Below, piece after piece: positions 29,951 through 39,192 of a stretch of DNA of 49,356 nucleotides. The stretch's first letter is position 1. The number at the start of each line of letters is the position of its first letter. The stretch comes from Flavobacteriales bacterium (GTDB taxonomy: Bacteria; Bacteroidota; Bacteroidia; NS11-12g; UBA955): NCBI GenBank assembly GCA_947487055.1, contig CANKVN010000005.1, positions 1-49,356 of the forward strand, written 5' to 3'. The translations under genes and the position numbers were made by a program. Below the pieces are notes generated by a model. That model did no database searches. It saw nothing but the letters and a program-made list of their open reading frames with translations, and was not told the DNA's origin.

Positions 29951-31028
29951 GCAAATTGCAACCTGGGCGGCCATTGTTGCCGTTGGTTTTGCGGCTTGGT
30001 TTCTCCGCAGCGTTATTGCCTATTTCCTGGTAGCAGCGCTCCTCAATTTTATTGCTGCACCGCTGATGCAGTTGATGGAACAGAAAATCACCTGGAAAAA
30101 ACAACCCCTTCCGCGGTGGACCTATGCAACGGTGATAATCCTGCTGCTGCTGGCTTCCATCATTGGCTTGGCAAGGATTATTGTGCCTCCTTTGCTGGAA
30201 CAGGCAGACACCATCAGCCACATATCGCACGAAGGTTTTAAACGCAGTTTCGGACAACCCATCAGCGACTTTCAGCGATACCTCACAACATGGGGCTTTG
30301 AAGATTCCGTATTTACACAGGAAACCATCAAAGCGCAGTTCATGAAGTGGCTGAATACAGGCAATCTGCGGGAAACCATAACCCAGGTTATTGGCGGATT
30401 AAGCACAGTGGGTGGATGGATTTTCTCGGTGCTGTTCATCACTTTTTTCTTTCTCAAAGAGAAATTTCTCATCTATCGACTGATACACACACTAACACCG
30501 GACAAAATTGAGCCCAGGGTTCAAAAGGTGTTGAGGGGCATAAACCAACTGCTGGGGAAATACTTCCGCAGCCTTATTCTGCAAGTGCTGGTATTTGGAT
30601 CCTATATTTTTATTGGCCTCAGCATATTCGGAGAAAAGTATGCGCTCACAATCGCCGTTTTTTCAGGGCTCGTTAATTTAATCAGTTATGTCGGACCCAT
30701 GCTCGGCCTTTCATTTGCCTTGCTGTTCAGCATTGGCGGACATATTGGCGCTGATTTCTACAGCAGTATTTTACCCCACTTGATGGAGGTTGCCACGGTT
30801 TACGGCATTGCCATTTTGCTGGATAATCTATTTTCCTATCCACTCATTTTTTCAAACAGTTTAAAGCTGCATCCCCTGGAATTGTTTTTTGTAATTCTGG
30901 CCGGTTTTCAGATTGCCGGATTGGGTGGAATGATTTTAGCAGCTCCCGTTTACACCATGTTGCGCATCATTGCCAAAGAGTTTTTCCAGGGCTTTGATGT
31001 GATAAGAAGCATCACCAGAAAGGTTTAG
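29934..31028 (+). CDS. AI-2E family transporter
   Basis: Multi-TM protein; [10 protein letters not shown]...[21 protein letters not shown]. Confidence 0.9.
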   Translation: MSLNRKQIATWAAIVAVGFAAWFLRSVIAYFLVAALLNFIAAPLMQLMEQKITWKKQPLPRWTYATVIILLLLASIIGLARIIVPPLLEQADTISHISHEGFKRSFGQPISDFQRYLTTWGFEDSVFTQETIKAQFMKWLNTGNLRETITQVIGGLSTVGGWIFSVLFITFFFLKEKFLIYRLIHTLTPDKIEPRVQKVLRGINQLLGKYFRSLILQVLVFGSYIFIGLSIFGEKYALTIAVFSGLVNLISYVGPMLGLSFALLFSIGGHIGADFYSSILPHLMEVATVYGIAILLDNLFSYPLIFSNSLKLHPLELFFVILAGFQIAGLGGMILAAPVYTMLRIIAKEFFQGFDVIRSITRKV

Positions 31029-32611
31029 GCTTTTTTACGGCTCAATTTGAGGTGATACAACACCCCCAATAAAAGGCAAATGCTGCTAAAAATGATTAGC
31101 CATGCGGTATCTCCCATACGCGTGTACAAGGTCATTTTCCTTTTACTGTCTATTTCCAGGGTATGAGAAACCGCCGTTTTTTGCCACCATTGGGTTTCCT
31201 TGATTAAGGTGCCCATGGGATTGATAAAACCCGATATTCCGGTATTGGCGCTGCGCACAACCCAACGACGGTGTTCGATGGCGCGCAAGCGTGCGTAAGC
31301 CAGATGCTGTTTATACCCCGGCGTATTTCCCCACCACGCATCGTTGGTGATGATGCAGAGCAGATCGGCGCTGTCCTTCACAAATCGACCTGTATAATCG
31401 CCATAAATGCTTTCATAACAAATAATGGGCGCTGCCTTAAACCCTCCTGCATCAAACACCCATGGAGCAGGACTTTTTCCCAGGCTGCCCGTGATGGAAT
31501 TGTCATCCAGCTGAATGGCCAGTTTTTCTATCCAGGGGAAATGCTGCACAAAAGGCATCTGCTCAGTTCCCGGCACCAAAATACTTTTGTGGTACCAGTC
31601 AACAGAACCATTATGGTTTAGCCAAAACGCACTGTTGTAGGCGTTCCACCACAGGGTAGGATCCTGGGTCTTGCGGGCCGTTTCATTGGGCCGAACAGTG
31701 CAATTTTCATACACCTGCTGCATATCGGCTCCTGTAAGGATATTCAGGTTCGGAAATTGCCTCGAAAATTGAAAGAGCGCAGCAACATCCGGGTGCTGTT
31801 TGGCATGGTCCACATCCACCGAGGCGGTGATGCTGGTTTCCGGCCATACCAACAGGTATGTATTTTTATCGACAACCCTTTTGCTGAGGGCCATCATCTC
31901 CGCCACCATATCGGAAGATTCCCGCACAAATTTTTCGTTCCAGGGATCATAACTGGGTTGGCAAAGGGCAACCTTAAGAGACCTATCCGGGGTTACCGTT
32001 TTTTGCCATTTCCAGGCGTTGAAAACCGAAGATAACCAAACAAACACAAACAGCCCGGGAGCGATGATATAATAAAATTTCTGTCTGGTTTTCCAGGCCT
32101 TCCAGATCAGCACATTCATGGCCAGGATAAAAGCCGATCCACCCAGAGTACCGGTAATATCATACCATTGAACCAGCCAGGGCGCTGATGCGAGTCCATT
32201 GCCAAGCGTAAGCCACGGCCAACTTAAATCCCAGCGGTGATGAAGGTATTCATACAGCAACCAAAAAACCACCAGCAGATAAACTGCAGGGTCGCCCCAT
32301 TTGCGCGCAGCACGGCGATAAAGCATCCACGGAATGGTCATGAAAAGAGAATTGAGCAAGAGCATAACCGCTGCGCCCACGCCCGTGCTGTTCCAAACCC
32401 ACCAGGTGGTAAACAAATTCCAAAAAAACAGGGCTCCGTATAACAATAACCACCATTTCCATGTCTGCTTATCCCGGTAATCTTCTTCCAGTTGAAATAA
32501 GGGAATAAAACCCAAAAATAAGCACACAAATATTCCAATTGGCGGCCATGCCAACCACAGCATCAAACCCGGTGCAACCAGGTAATACAGCCATTTCCAT
32601 TTAGGATTCAT
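31025..32611 (-). CDS. lnt: Apolipoprotein N-acyltransferase
   Basis: WPWLTLG, LVWPET, YHKSILVPGTE, ICYESIYG, ITNDAWW, RAIE.RR...RSANTGIS. Confidence 0.96.
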   Translation of the reverse strand: MNPKWKWLYYLVAPGLMLWLAWPPIGIFVCLFLGFIPLFQLEEDYRDKQTWKWWLLLYGALFFWNLFTTWWVWNSTGVGAAVMLLLNSLFMTIPWMLYRRAARKWGDPAVYLLVVFWLLYEYLHHRWDLSWPWLTLGNGLASAPWLVQWYDITGTLGGSAFILAMNVLIWKAWKTRQKFYYIIAPGLFVFVWLSSVFNAWKWQKTVTPDRSLKVALCQPSYDPWNEKFVRESSDMVAEMMALSKRVVDKNTYLLVWPETSITASVDVDHAKQHPDVAALFQFSRQFPNLNILTGADMQQVYENCTVRPNETARKTQDPTLWWNAYNSAFWLNHNGSVDWYHKSILVPGTEQMPFVQHFPWIEKLAIQLDDNSITGSLGKSPAPWVFDAGGFKAAPIICYESIYGDYTGRFVKDSADLLCIITNDAWWGNTPGYKQHLAYARLRAIEHRRWVVRSANTGISGFINPMGTLIKETQWWQKTAVSHTLEIDSKRKMTLYTRMGDTAWLIIFSSICLLLGVLYHLKLSRKKA

Positions 32612-33305
32612 CGTCGTTGTCCTGATTGTAATGCAAACCTTGGATCACCACAACAAACTCGCCTTTGGGCGCTGTTTTGGTAAAATGCAGGATCAATTGC
32701 GCCACCGAACCATTGATGGTTTCCTCGAATTTTTTGGTCAGTTCCCGGCTAACACTAATTTTACGTTCGGCTCCGCCCAGGTCACTGATGGCCTGAAGCG
32801 TTTTCAGAATCTTATGCGGGCTTTCGTAAAAAACAACGGTATCGGGGGCTTCGAGTATCTGTTTCAGGCGCGTTTGGCGGCCTTTTTTCGGGGGTAAAAA
32901 CCCTTCAAATACAAATCTATGAAGGGCAAATCCACTTTTTAACAGCGCCGGAATAAATGCTGTTGCCCCTGGAATGACTTCCACAGGTATGCCTTGCTCC
33001 ATGCAAGCCCTGGCCAGTAAAAATCCGGGATCGGAAATACCGGGCGTACCCGCATCGGATATTTGTGCAAGTTTTGCACCCCTGTTGAGGCGATCCAAAA
33101 TCCCTGCAAGCCGGTGGTGTTCATTATGCTGATGCAGGGCCTCAAGCGGCGTTTGGATATCATAATGCTGTAATAGCACCCTGCTGGTGCGGGTGTCTTC
33201 GGCCAATACGGCATCCACCGATTTCAGGACTTCTACAGCCCTGAAGGTAATATCACCCAAATTGCCAACCGGTGTGGCTACCAGAAATAATTTTCCGCTG
33301 CTCAA
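32601..33305 (-). CDS. rsmI: 16S rRNA C1402 2'-O-methyltransferase
   Basis: ATPVGNLGDITFRA, AEDTR, SDAGTPGISDPG, YESPH, RELTKKFEE, KGE. Confidence 0.97.
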   Translation of the reverse strand: MSSGKLFLVATPVGNLGDITFRAVEVLKSVDAVLAEDTRTSRVLLQHYDIQTPLEALHQHNEHHRLAGILDRLNRGAKLAQISDAGTPGISDPGFLLARACMEQGIPVEVIPGATAFIPALLKSGFALHRFVFEGFLPPKKGRQTRLKQILEAPDTVVFYESPHKILKTLQAISDLGGAERKISVSRELTKKFEETINGSVAQLILHFTKTAPKGEFVVVIQGLHYNQDNDDES

Positions 33306-34660
33306 TTTTTATTGATGAATAGCTTTTCAGTTTTTACAGGCTTTTGGGTATCTGCCCTTTTCAGCTGAAAAATATATACACCCGGAGCAAACCTGATGGT
33401 TGAAATAAACTGCTCGTTGCGGCTGATGGGGGCATTTTGCAAAACAACCCTTCCGGAAGCATCGTACACATCCAGATTTAATACATTCAGCAATTCTTCA
33501 TTGGTAACTTCCACCACCACTTTTTGTTCGTTGTTTCGTGCAAACAGCTTCACATCATTGTAAACAACCGTATCAAAAATGCGCATGGTTTGCACCACTT
33601 CAATCTTAATTGGCAAGGCAGTCCTGTAATTCTGAATAGCAGAGCGCATAATTTGCACTTGCTGACGGGTAAACATATTCTGGCAGGATTCTGAGCTATA
33701 ATCCATATAATTCTCCACCATATCAGGCAAATCGTTTTGTGCATCAAAACAGGTATTGGCGGATAAATTACAATCAAAATTGCTTTTGCTACCCTGATTT
33801 GGCGTATCGTACAGGTAATCATCAACAGAGCACCCGGATGTAAATACCGGATCTCCCCAGATATGGCGAAGCCCAAAGAAATGTCCAAATTCATGCGTTG
33901 CTACGCGGCCTTTGCGGCTATTGACTAATGATCCGGTAGCGCGTGGATTGTTACGACCCAAAACAGCATAATGAATAACCACCCCCTGATTGCTGTTTGC
34001 AGTCCAATAATTACTTGGCCAGTTGGGATGGCCATAAGGCGGGTAAGCATAACCCAGAACCAAACTACCCTGGCTGGGCACCTGCAAATCACCCACCCAC
34101 ACATTCAGGTATTTTGCTGCATTCCAGGCATCGTCGCCACCCTGAGAAGTAAATTTAATATTATCGGAATTGGTGCTGAAATTTGTCTTTGTGGAACTCT
34201 TGCGCACGATACCCGTAGTTGCGTTGCCATTTGGATCTACCTTGGCAAGCTCAAATTTAAAACGGACATTTCCTGCACGGCTTTTGAATATACTGCGGGT
34301 TTTGCCGGTATCCGGATTCAGCCGTCGAAAATCCTGATTTAGCACTTCCAGCTGATTAAATACCAAACTATCAGGAATATTCTCCAAGGTAGTGTTATAG
34401 AGGATGTGAAACACAACAGGAATCGTATATACAGTGTCTGTGAGGTAGGTGGTATCTACAATTTTAAGCTTTCGTGGAAGCACCCTTGGAGCGGCAAGCG
34501 ATTGAATATAAGCTTTGTCGTAGCTGGCTTTAAAACCCGGATATTGTTTTTCCAGCTTTTCCATCACCATGTCATGTCCGCAGCGTTCGATTTTCAAGTC
34601 TTGTCCCTGCAAAGACATCACAGCCAGCAAGCCAACAATTAGGTACAGTGATTTTCTCAT
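33302..34660 (-). CDS. M43 (pappalysin/ulilysin-like) zinc metalloprotease with T9SS CTD
   Basis: Signal peptide; RCG propeptide Cys; IPVVFH; HEFGHFFGLRH; NYMDY Met-turn; VYDASGR...PGVY tail. Confidence 0.92.
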   Translation of the reverse strand: MRKSLYLIVGLLAVMSLQGQDLKIERCGHDMVMEKLEKQYPGFKASYDKAYIQSLAAPRVLPRKLKIVDTTYLTDTVYTIPVVFHILYNTTLENIPDSLVFNQLEVLNQDFRRLNPDTGKTRSIFKSRAGNVRFKFELAKVDPNGNATTGIVRKSSTKTNFSTNSDNIKFTSQGGDDAWNAAKYLNVWVGDLQVPSQGSLVLGYAYPPYGHPNWPSNYWTANSNQGVVIHYAVLGRNNPRATGSLVNSRKGRVATHEFGHFFGLRHIWGDPVFTSGCSVDDYLYDTPNQGSKSNFDCNLSANTCFDAQNDLPDMVENYMDYSSESCQNMFTRQQVQIMRSAIQNYRTALPIKIEVVQTMRIFDTVVYNDVKLFARNNEQKVVVEVTNEELLNVLNLDVYDASGRVVLQNAPISRNEQFISTIRFAPGVYIFQLKRADTQKPVKTEKLFINKN

Positions 34661-34665
34661 ATCAT

Positions 34666-35448
34666 TTATTTCCCTTTAAATTCGGGTTTTCTTTTTTCGT
34701 TAAACGCCGTAACGCCCTCGCGGTAATCTTCGCTGCGACCGGCAATTTCCTGGCAATAGGCCTCGTATTGCAGCATGGTTTCCAGGTCGGAATAGGCCGC
34801 TTTATTCAGCATTTGTTTTATCATCCCGATAGCCATGGTTGGGGCATTGGCATAGTACTCGGCAATGCCAGCAACAGTTTCATCCAACAGATCTGCAGAT
34901 ACAACCCTGTTTATTAAACCCCATTCCAGGGCTTGCTGAGCGGTAACTTTTCCGGCCATGGTGCACATTTCAAATGCCCTCGCAGGTGAAATGGCTTTGG
35001 GGAGAAAGTAGCTGCTTCCGCTGTCGGGAACCAAACCCACATTAACAAACACTTCAATTAAAGAAGCATGTTCAGCCGCCACAATAAAGTCGCAAGCCAA
35101 GGTCAGGGAGGCGCCTGCACCCGCAGCAACGCCGTTAAGCCTGCAGATTATCGGCTTGGGCATTTCGCGCATGGCGCGGATGATGGGATTGTAACGCTTA
35201 TAAAGGCTTTCGCTTAGGCTTCGGTTTTTACTGCCGGCAATGGCCTTCAAATCCTGGCCGCTGCAAAATGCTTTCCCGGCCCCTGTGAGCACAATTACAC
35301 GGACCTCCGCATCTTTGGTGGCCTGCTTCAGCGCATCCTGCAACTGATAGCTCTGATCGTCGTTGAATGCATTGAAAACATCCGGACGGTTCAAGGTGAT
35401 GCGGGCAATGTTGCCCGTTTTTTCGTACAAAACTGCTAAAGATTCCAT
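34666..35448 (-). CDS. Enoyl-CoA hydratase/isomerase (PaaG-like)
   Basis: ITLNRP, AFCSGQDL, NGVAAGAGASL.LACD, GLVPDSG, DYREGV.AF.EKRKP.F. Confidence 0.93.
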   Translation of the reverse strand: MESLAVLYEKTGNIARITLNRPDVFNAFNDDQSYQLQDALKQATKDAEVRVIVLTGAGKAFCSGQDLKAIAGSKNRSLSESLYKRYNPIIRAMREMPKPIICRLNGVAAGAGASLTLACDFIVAAEHASLIEVFVNVGLVPDSGSSYFLPKAISPARAFEMCTMAGKVTAQQALEWGLINRVVSADLLDETVAGIAEYYANAPTMAIGMIKQMLNKAAYSDLETMLQYEAYCQEIAGRSEDYREGVTAFNEKRKPEFKGK

Positions 35449-35457
35449 GCAAAGTGA

Positions 35458-36030
35458 CTAAGTAGCCATTGCAAATGTAAGAATAAAACCAAGGCAAAAC
35501 CCCACCAAAAGTTCTAAATGGCTGTGAGCCGACAATCCTTTTCTGGCCAGATAAACCAGGCAACAAATACAGACCGTGGAAATCCATATCCAGCCTGGCA
35601 AATAGCCGGGCATTGCCAATGCAAAGCTCCACGCCAGTAGACCGCCACTGCCAGCCATGTGCGCGCTTGCCTTCAATCCCAAAGCATTGCAAAAACCTAC
35701 ACCTGCCAGCACGGTAGTCATGCAAAGCGACCAGATAAATACCATTTGACCCATCTGCCAAAACAACAACCATGTGGTTAGCCCTGCCAGCCCCACAGAA
35801 ATGCCATACATCAAATTGCGCTGGCCCCGGATGGGAATGTGGATGCTGTCAATTTTTCCGGCTTTGAACAAAGCAAACAACAGCAACAGCGGCAAAACAA
35901 TAAATCCAGCGATTATCAGTAACCACAAATCTACCGTTACCGTTTCTCCGGCCGACACCATACTCACGCCCAGCATGGCCATGGTTCCGGGGTAAAACAA
36001 ATAGGAAATGAGGCGAAAAAAGAATTGCAT
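35458..36030 (-). CDS. Integral membrane protein (PAP2-like tail)
   Basis: About 6 hydrophobic helices; KASAHMAG and R..LSAH..LEL..G motifs. Confidence 0.75.
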   Translation of the reverse strand: MQFFFRLISYLFYPGTMAMLGVSMVSAGETVTVDLWLLIIAGFIVLPLLLLFALFKAGKIDSIHIPIRGQRNLMYGISVGLAGLTTWLLFWQMGQMVFIWSLCMTTVLAGVGFCNALGLKASAHMAGSGGLLAWSFALAMPGYLPGWIWISTVCICCLVYLARKGLSAHSHLELLVGFCLGFILTFAMAT

Positions 36031-36191
36031 TCCACGCAAAATTAATGGGAACCAGACAAACCCAGTTTTTTATTTCGAAGCACCGAAAATAGCGGCAAAT
36101 AAGCCACCAGGGTTTAAACTGGCCATTGTAAAGGATTTTGAATAATTCGCCAAACACGGTAAACCCATTCTAATAATTATCTTTGCAACCC

Positions 36192-38525
36192 ATGCGTATT
36201 TCCTTTAACTGGTTAACACAATTTATCGGTGCCGATTTTCAGGCACAAACCGTCGCAGACCGTCTCTCTGTATCGGGCCTGGAGGTAGAACACCTGGAAA
36301 TGGCAGAATCTGTTCCCGGTGGATTGCGCGGTTTTGTTATTGGCGAGGTTAAAACCTGCGAAAAACACCCCAATGCCGACAAGCTAAGCGTTACTACCGT
36401 GGATATTGGTACCGGCGAACTTCAACCCATTGTATGCGGCGCACCCAATGTGGCTGCCGGGCAAAAGGTCATAGTAGCCATACCCGGCACTGAGGTAACC
36501 GTTCCCGGAAAAGGAAGTTTCACCATTGGCGAAGCAAAAATCCGTGGCGAAATCAGCCGCGGCATGATTTGCGCCGATGATGAGTGCGGCCTGGGAACCT
36601 CCCACGACGGCATTCGGATTTTACCTGCTGATGCGCCAGTGGGCATGCCTGCTGCAGCATATTTCAAGGTTACCTCCGATACCGTCCTGGATATTGGCCT
36701 TACCGCCAACCGTGGCGATGCCGCTTCGCATCTTGGTGTGGCGCGCGATGTTGCAGCCCTGTTCAACGTTCCTGTCACCTTGCCGCAGGTACCGGCATTT
36801 TCCGGCAATCCATCCGGATTCAGCATTCATATTCAATCCTCCGAACTCTGCCAGCGCTACGTTGCTGTGGAGATAAAAGGCGTTACCATCACCCAGGCGC
36901 CTGCATGGATGCAGGACCATCTGCGCAGCATTGGTGTTGAGCCCATCAACCATGTGGTAGATTGCACCAATTACGTGCTTCACGAGCTTGGCCAGCCGCT
37001 TCATGCCTTTGATGCGGATAGCATTGAGGGAAAACAACTTACCGTGCGTATGGCTAGCCATGGCGAAACCCTCACCACCCTGGACAAATCAGCGCGTGAA
37101 CTGAACGAACAAGACCTCATCATTGCCGATGCGGCAGGCCCCATAGCGCTTGCCGGAGTTTTTGGCGGATTAAACAGCAGCGTTCAGCAACATACAACCA
37201 ACATTATGCTGGAAAGTGCCTGTTTTCATCCGGGAAAAGTGCGAAAAACAGCCCGCCACCATGGCCTGAATACCGATGCCTCTTTCCGTTTTGAGCGTGG
37301 AACCGATGTAGAAATATGCCGCTATGCCGCGCTTAGGGCAGCACACCTGATTACCGAGATAGGCGGAGGCCAAATTATGGGCTTGAGCGACCATTACCCC
37401 GCACCATTCCAAACCCAGCCAATAAACCTAAACCTGGACAAATTCCGCCGCTATGCCGGAATTGACATCGACGACGAAAGCTGCCTCAACATCCTCAGGC
37501 AACTTGGATTTGGCATCACCCCGATGGGTGAAAAAAATTACCATATTGGCACCCCCTCATGGCGCAACGATATTGAGCATGAAGTAGATCTGGTGGAAGA
37601 AATCATGCGCATTTATGGCTTTGACCATGTGCCTATGGATGGGAAAATGCAGGTTTCTCTGGGTAGTTTTTCGGGAACCGGACAGCGAAAACTCAAAGAA
37701 AAAGCGGCAAGAGCCCTACAATCCAACGGATTTTTCGAGATTGTGAACAACAGTTTAGGATCACAGGCCACACAGCAGGCATTTTCCGAGCAACCGGTGC
37801 AACTTAGCAACCCACTCAGTTCCGACATGGCAGTGATGCGGTCATCGTTGCTGCCCGGCATGCTGCAGAGTGCACAATACAACCGTAACCGTAAAAATAC
37901 AGACCTTAAATTCTATGAGTTTGGCCGCGTTTACCGTTCTGTGAAAAATGGTTTTGAAGAAACAGAAATGCTGGGGATGCTTATGCTGGGCAATGCCACG
38001 GCAGAAAGTTGGCAACAAAAACCAAAAAAACTGGATTTCTATGATTTAAAAGAAGCCAGCCAAGCGGTTATGTATGCCACAGGTTCATGCCCCGAACCCG
38101 GAAGCTGGAACCTTTCCAGGGTGAATAGCCAGCTGACACAACAATATGATATTGAAGGCGATTGCTGGTATGCAGAGATTGCCTGGAGCGCCATTGCGGG
38201 CAACAAAAGACCCGAAGGCTTCAAAACCGCAGAACCACCTCGATTCCCGCGCATGCGCAGGGATTTGAGCCTTGTGGTTGGGAAATCCGTTGCTTATGGG
38301 GATTTGGAAAAAATCGCCCTCAGCAAAAAAATTGGTATCTTGCAGGAAATAAATGTGTTTGATGTGTTTGAAGGCAAACCCCTGGATGCGGACAAGAAAG
38401 CCGTAGCCATTTCGTTTTCGCTGGGAGTGGCAGACAGAACCCTTACCGACGTGGAAGCCGACGAAGCCATGAAAACCTTGATGACAGCCTTTGAGCAGGA
38501 AGCAGGCGCACTAATTCGCAAATAA
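36192..38525 (+). CDS. pheT: Phenylalanyl-tRNA synthetase beta subunit
   Basis: MRISFNWL, HPNADKL, IVCGAPNV, TANRGD, RFERG, PSWRND...DLVEE, RRDLSL, RTLTD. Confidence 0.98.
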   Translation: MRISFNWLTQFIGADFQAQTVADRLSVSGLEVEHLEMAESVPGGLRGFVIGEVKTCEKHPNADKLSVTTVDIGTGELQPIVCGAPNVAAGQKVIVAIPGTEVTVPGKGSFTIGEAKIRGEISRGMICADDECGLGTSHDGIRILPADAPVGMPAAAYFKVTSDTVLDIGLTANRGDAASHLGVARDVAALFNVPVTLPQVPAFSGNPSGFSIHIQSSELCQRYVAVEIKGVTITQAPAWMQDHLRSIGVEPINHVVDCTNYVLHELGQPLHAFDADSIEGKQLTVRMASHGETLTTLDKSARELNEQDLIIADAAGPIALAGVFGGLNSSVQQHTTNIMLESACFHPGKVRKTARHHGLNTDASFRFERGTDVEICRYAALRAAHLITEIGGGQIMGLSDHYPAPFQTQPINLNLDKFRRYAGIDIDDESCLNILRQLGFGITPMGEKNYHIGTPSWRNDIEHEVDLVEEIMRIYGFDHVPMDGKMQVSLGSFSGTGQRKLKEKAARALQSNGFFEIVNNSLGSQATQQAFSEQPVQLSNPLSSDMAVMRSSLLPGMLQSAQYNRNRKNTDLKFYEFGRVYRSVKNGFEETEMLGMLMLGNATAESWQQKPKKLDFYDLKEASQAVMYATGSCPEPGSWNLSRVNSQLTQQYDIEGDCWYAEIAWSAIAGNKRPEGFKTAEPPRFPRMRRDLSLVVGKSVAYGDLEKIALSKKIGILQEINVFDVFEGKPLDADKKAVAISFSLGVADRTLTDVEADEAMKTLMTAFEQEAGALIRK

Positions 38526-38529
38526 GCAC

Positions 38530-38820
38530 ATGGAAAACCTAAGCATCAGGCTTGCAGCCGTTCGGGATAAAGTGGAGAACCTGCTGAAGGAAAATTCCCT
38601 TGTCAAAGGTGAAAATGATGCCATGCGGGACCGCATTGCTGCATTGGAACGCACGGTAGAATTGCAAAAAAATACCTTGTCGGAGCTTACAGAACAAAAT
38701 AAATTGATTAAACTTGCAAAGAATTTAACCTTGGAAGATTCCGACACCGCGGAAATGAAAACCAAAGTGAACGAATTAATCAAGGAAATTGACAGGTGCA
38801 TTGATCTGTTAAACGAATAA
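38530..38820 (+). CDS. Coiled-coil protein upstream of zapA (ZapB-like)
   Basis: Heptad-rich 96 aa ending K.KVNELIKEIDRCI.LL, typical of the Bacteroidota gene before zapA. Confidence 0.8.
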   Translation: MENLSIRLAAVRDKVENLLKENSLVKGENDAMRDRIAALERTVELQKNTLSELTEQNKLIKLAKNLTLEDSDTAEMKTKVNELIKEIDRCIDLLNE

Positions 38821-38828
38821 ATTTAAAC

Positions 38829-39116
38829 GTGCGTCCAGAAGAAAAAATTCCCGTACGCGTTGCTATAGCAGGTAAGGTATTGCCCTTAAAGGTTGCTGCT
38901 CAGGACGAGGAATTTGTAAAAATGGCCGCCCGGATGCTGAATAAACGCATGGATGATTTCAAAAACTTCCATGCTGGTGATGAAACCGACCGCCTGGCTT
39001 GGGCGGCTCTGGACTATACGGGAGAACTGCTTCGCCTGAGGGCAGAAAAACAGGCAGGAAACCCCGAACTGGAACAGGAACTGCAACAATTGGAAACATT
39101 GCTGCAAGGTTATTGA
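38829..39116 (+). CDS. zapA: Cell division protein ZapA
   Basis: V.IAGK.LPL.V...DEE.V..AA..LN, D.LAWAAL; lies between pheT and rny. Confidence 0.85.
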   Translation: MRPEEKIPVRVAIAGKVLPLKVAAQDEEFVKMAARMLNKRMDDFKNFHAGDETDRLAWAALDYTGELLRLRAEKQAGNPELEQELQQLETLLQGY

Positions 39117-39192
39117 TCGAGGCATCATTTTTCTTCGTTTAATTGCTTGAGTGCCTTCTACTAACAACTAAAAAGAGAAGGAGTAAAACAAC

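Noticed and set aside
39117-39192. 6S RNA, which often lies after zapA
   Set aside because: The spacer is only 76 bp and lacks a long rod with a central bubble; an Infernal search would be needed to exclude a remnant
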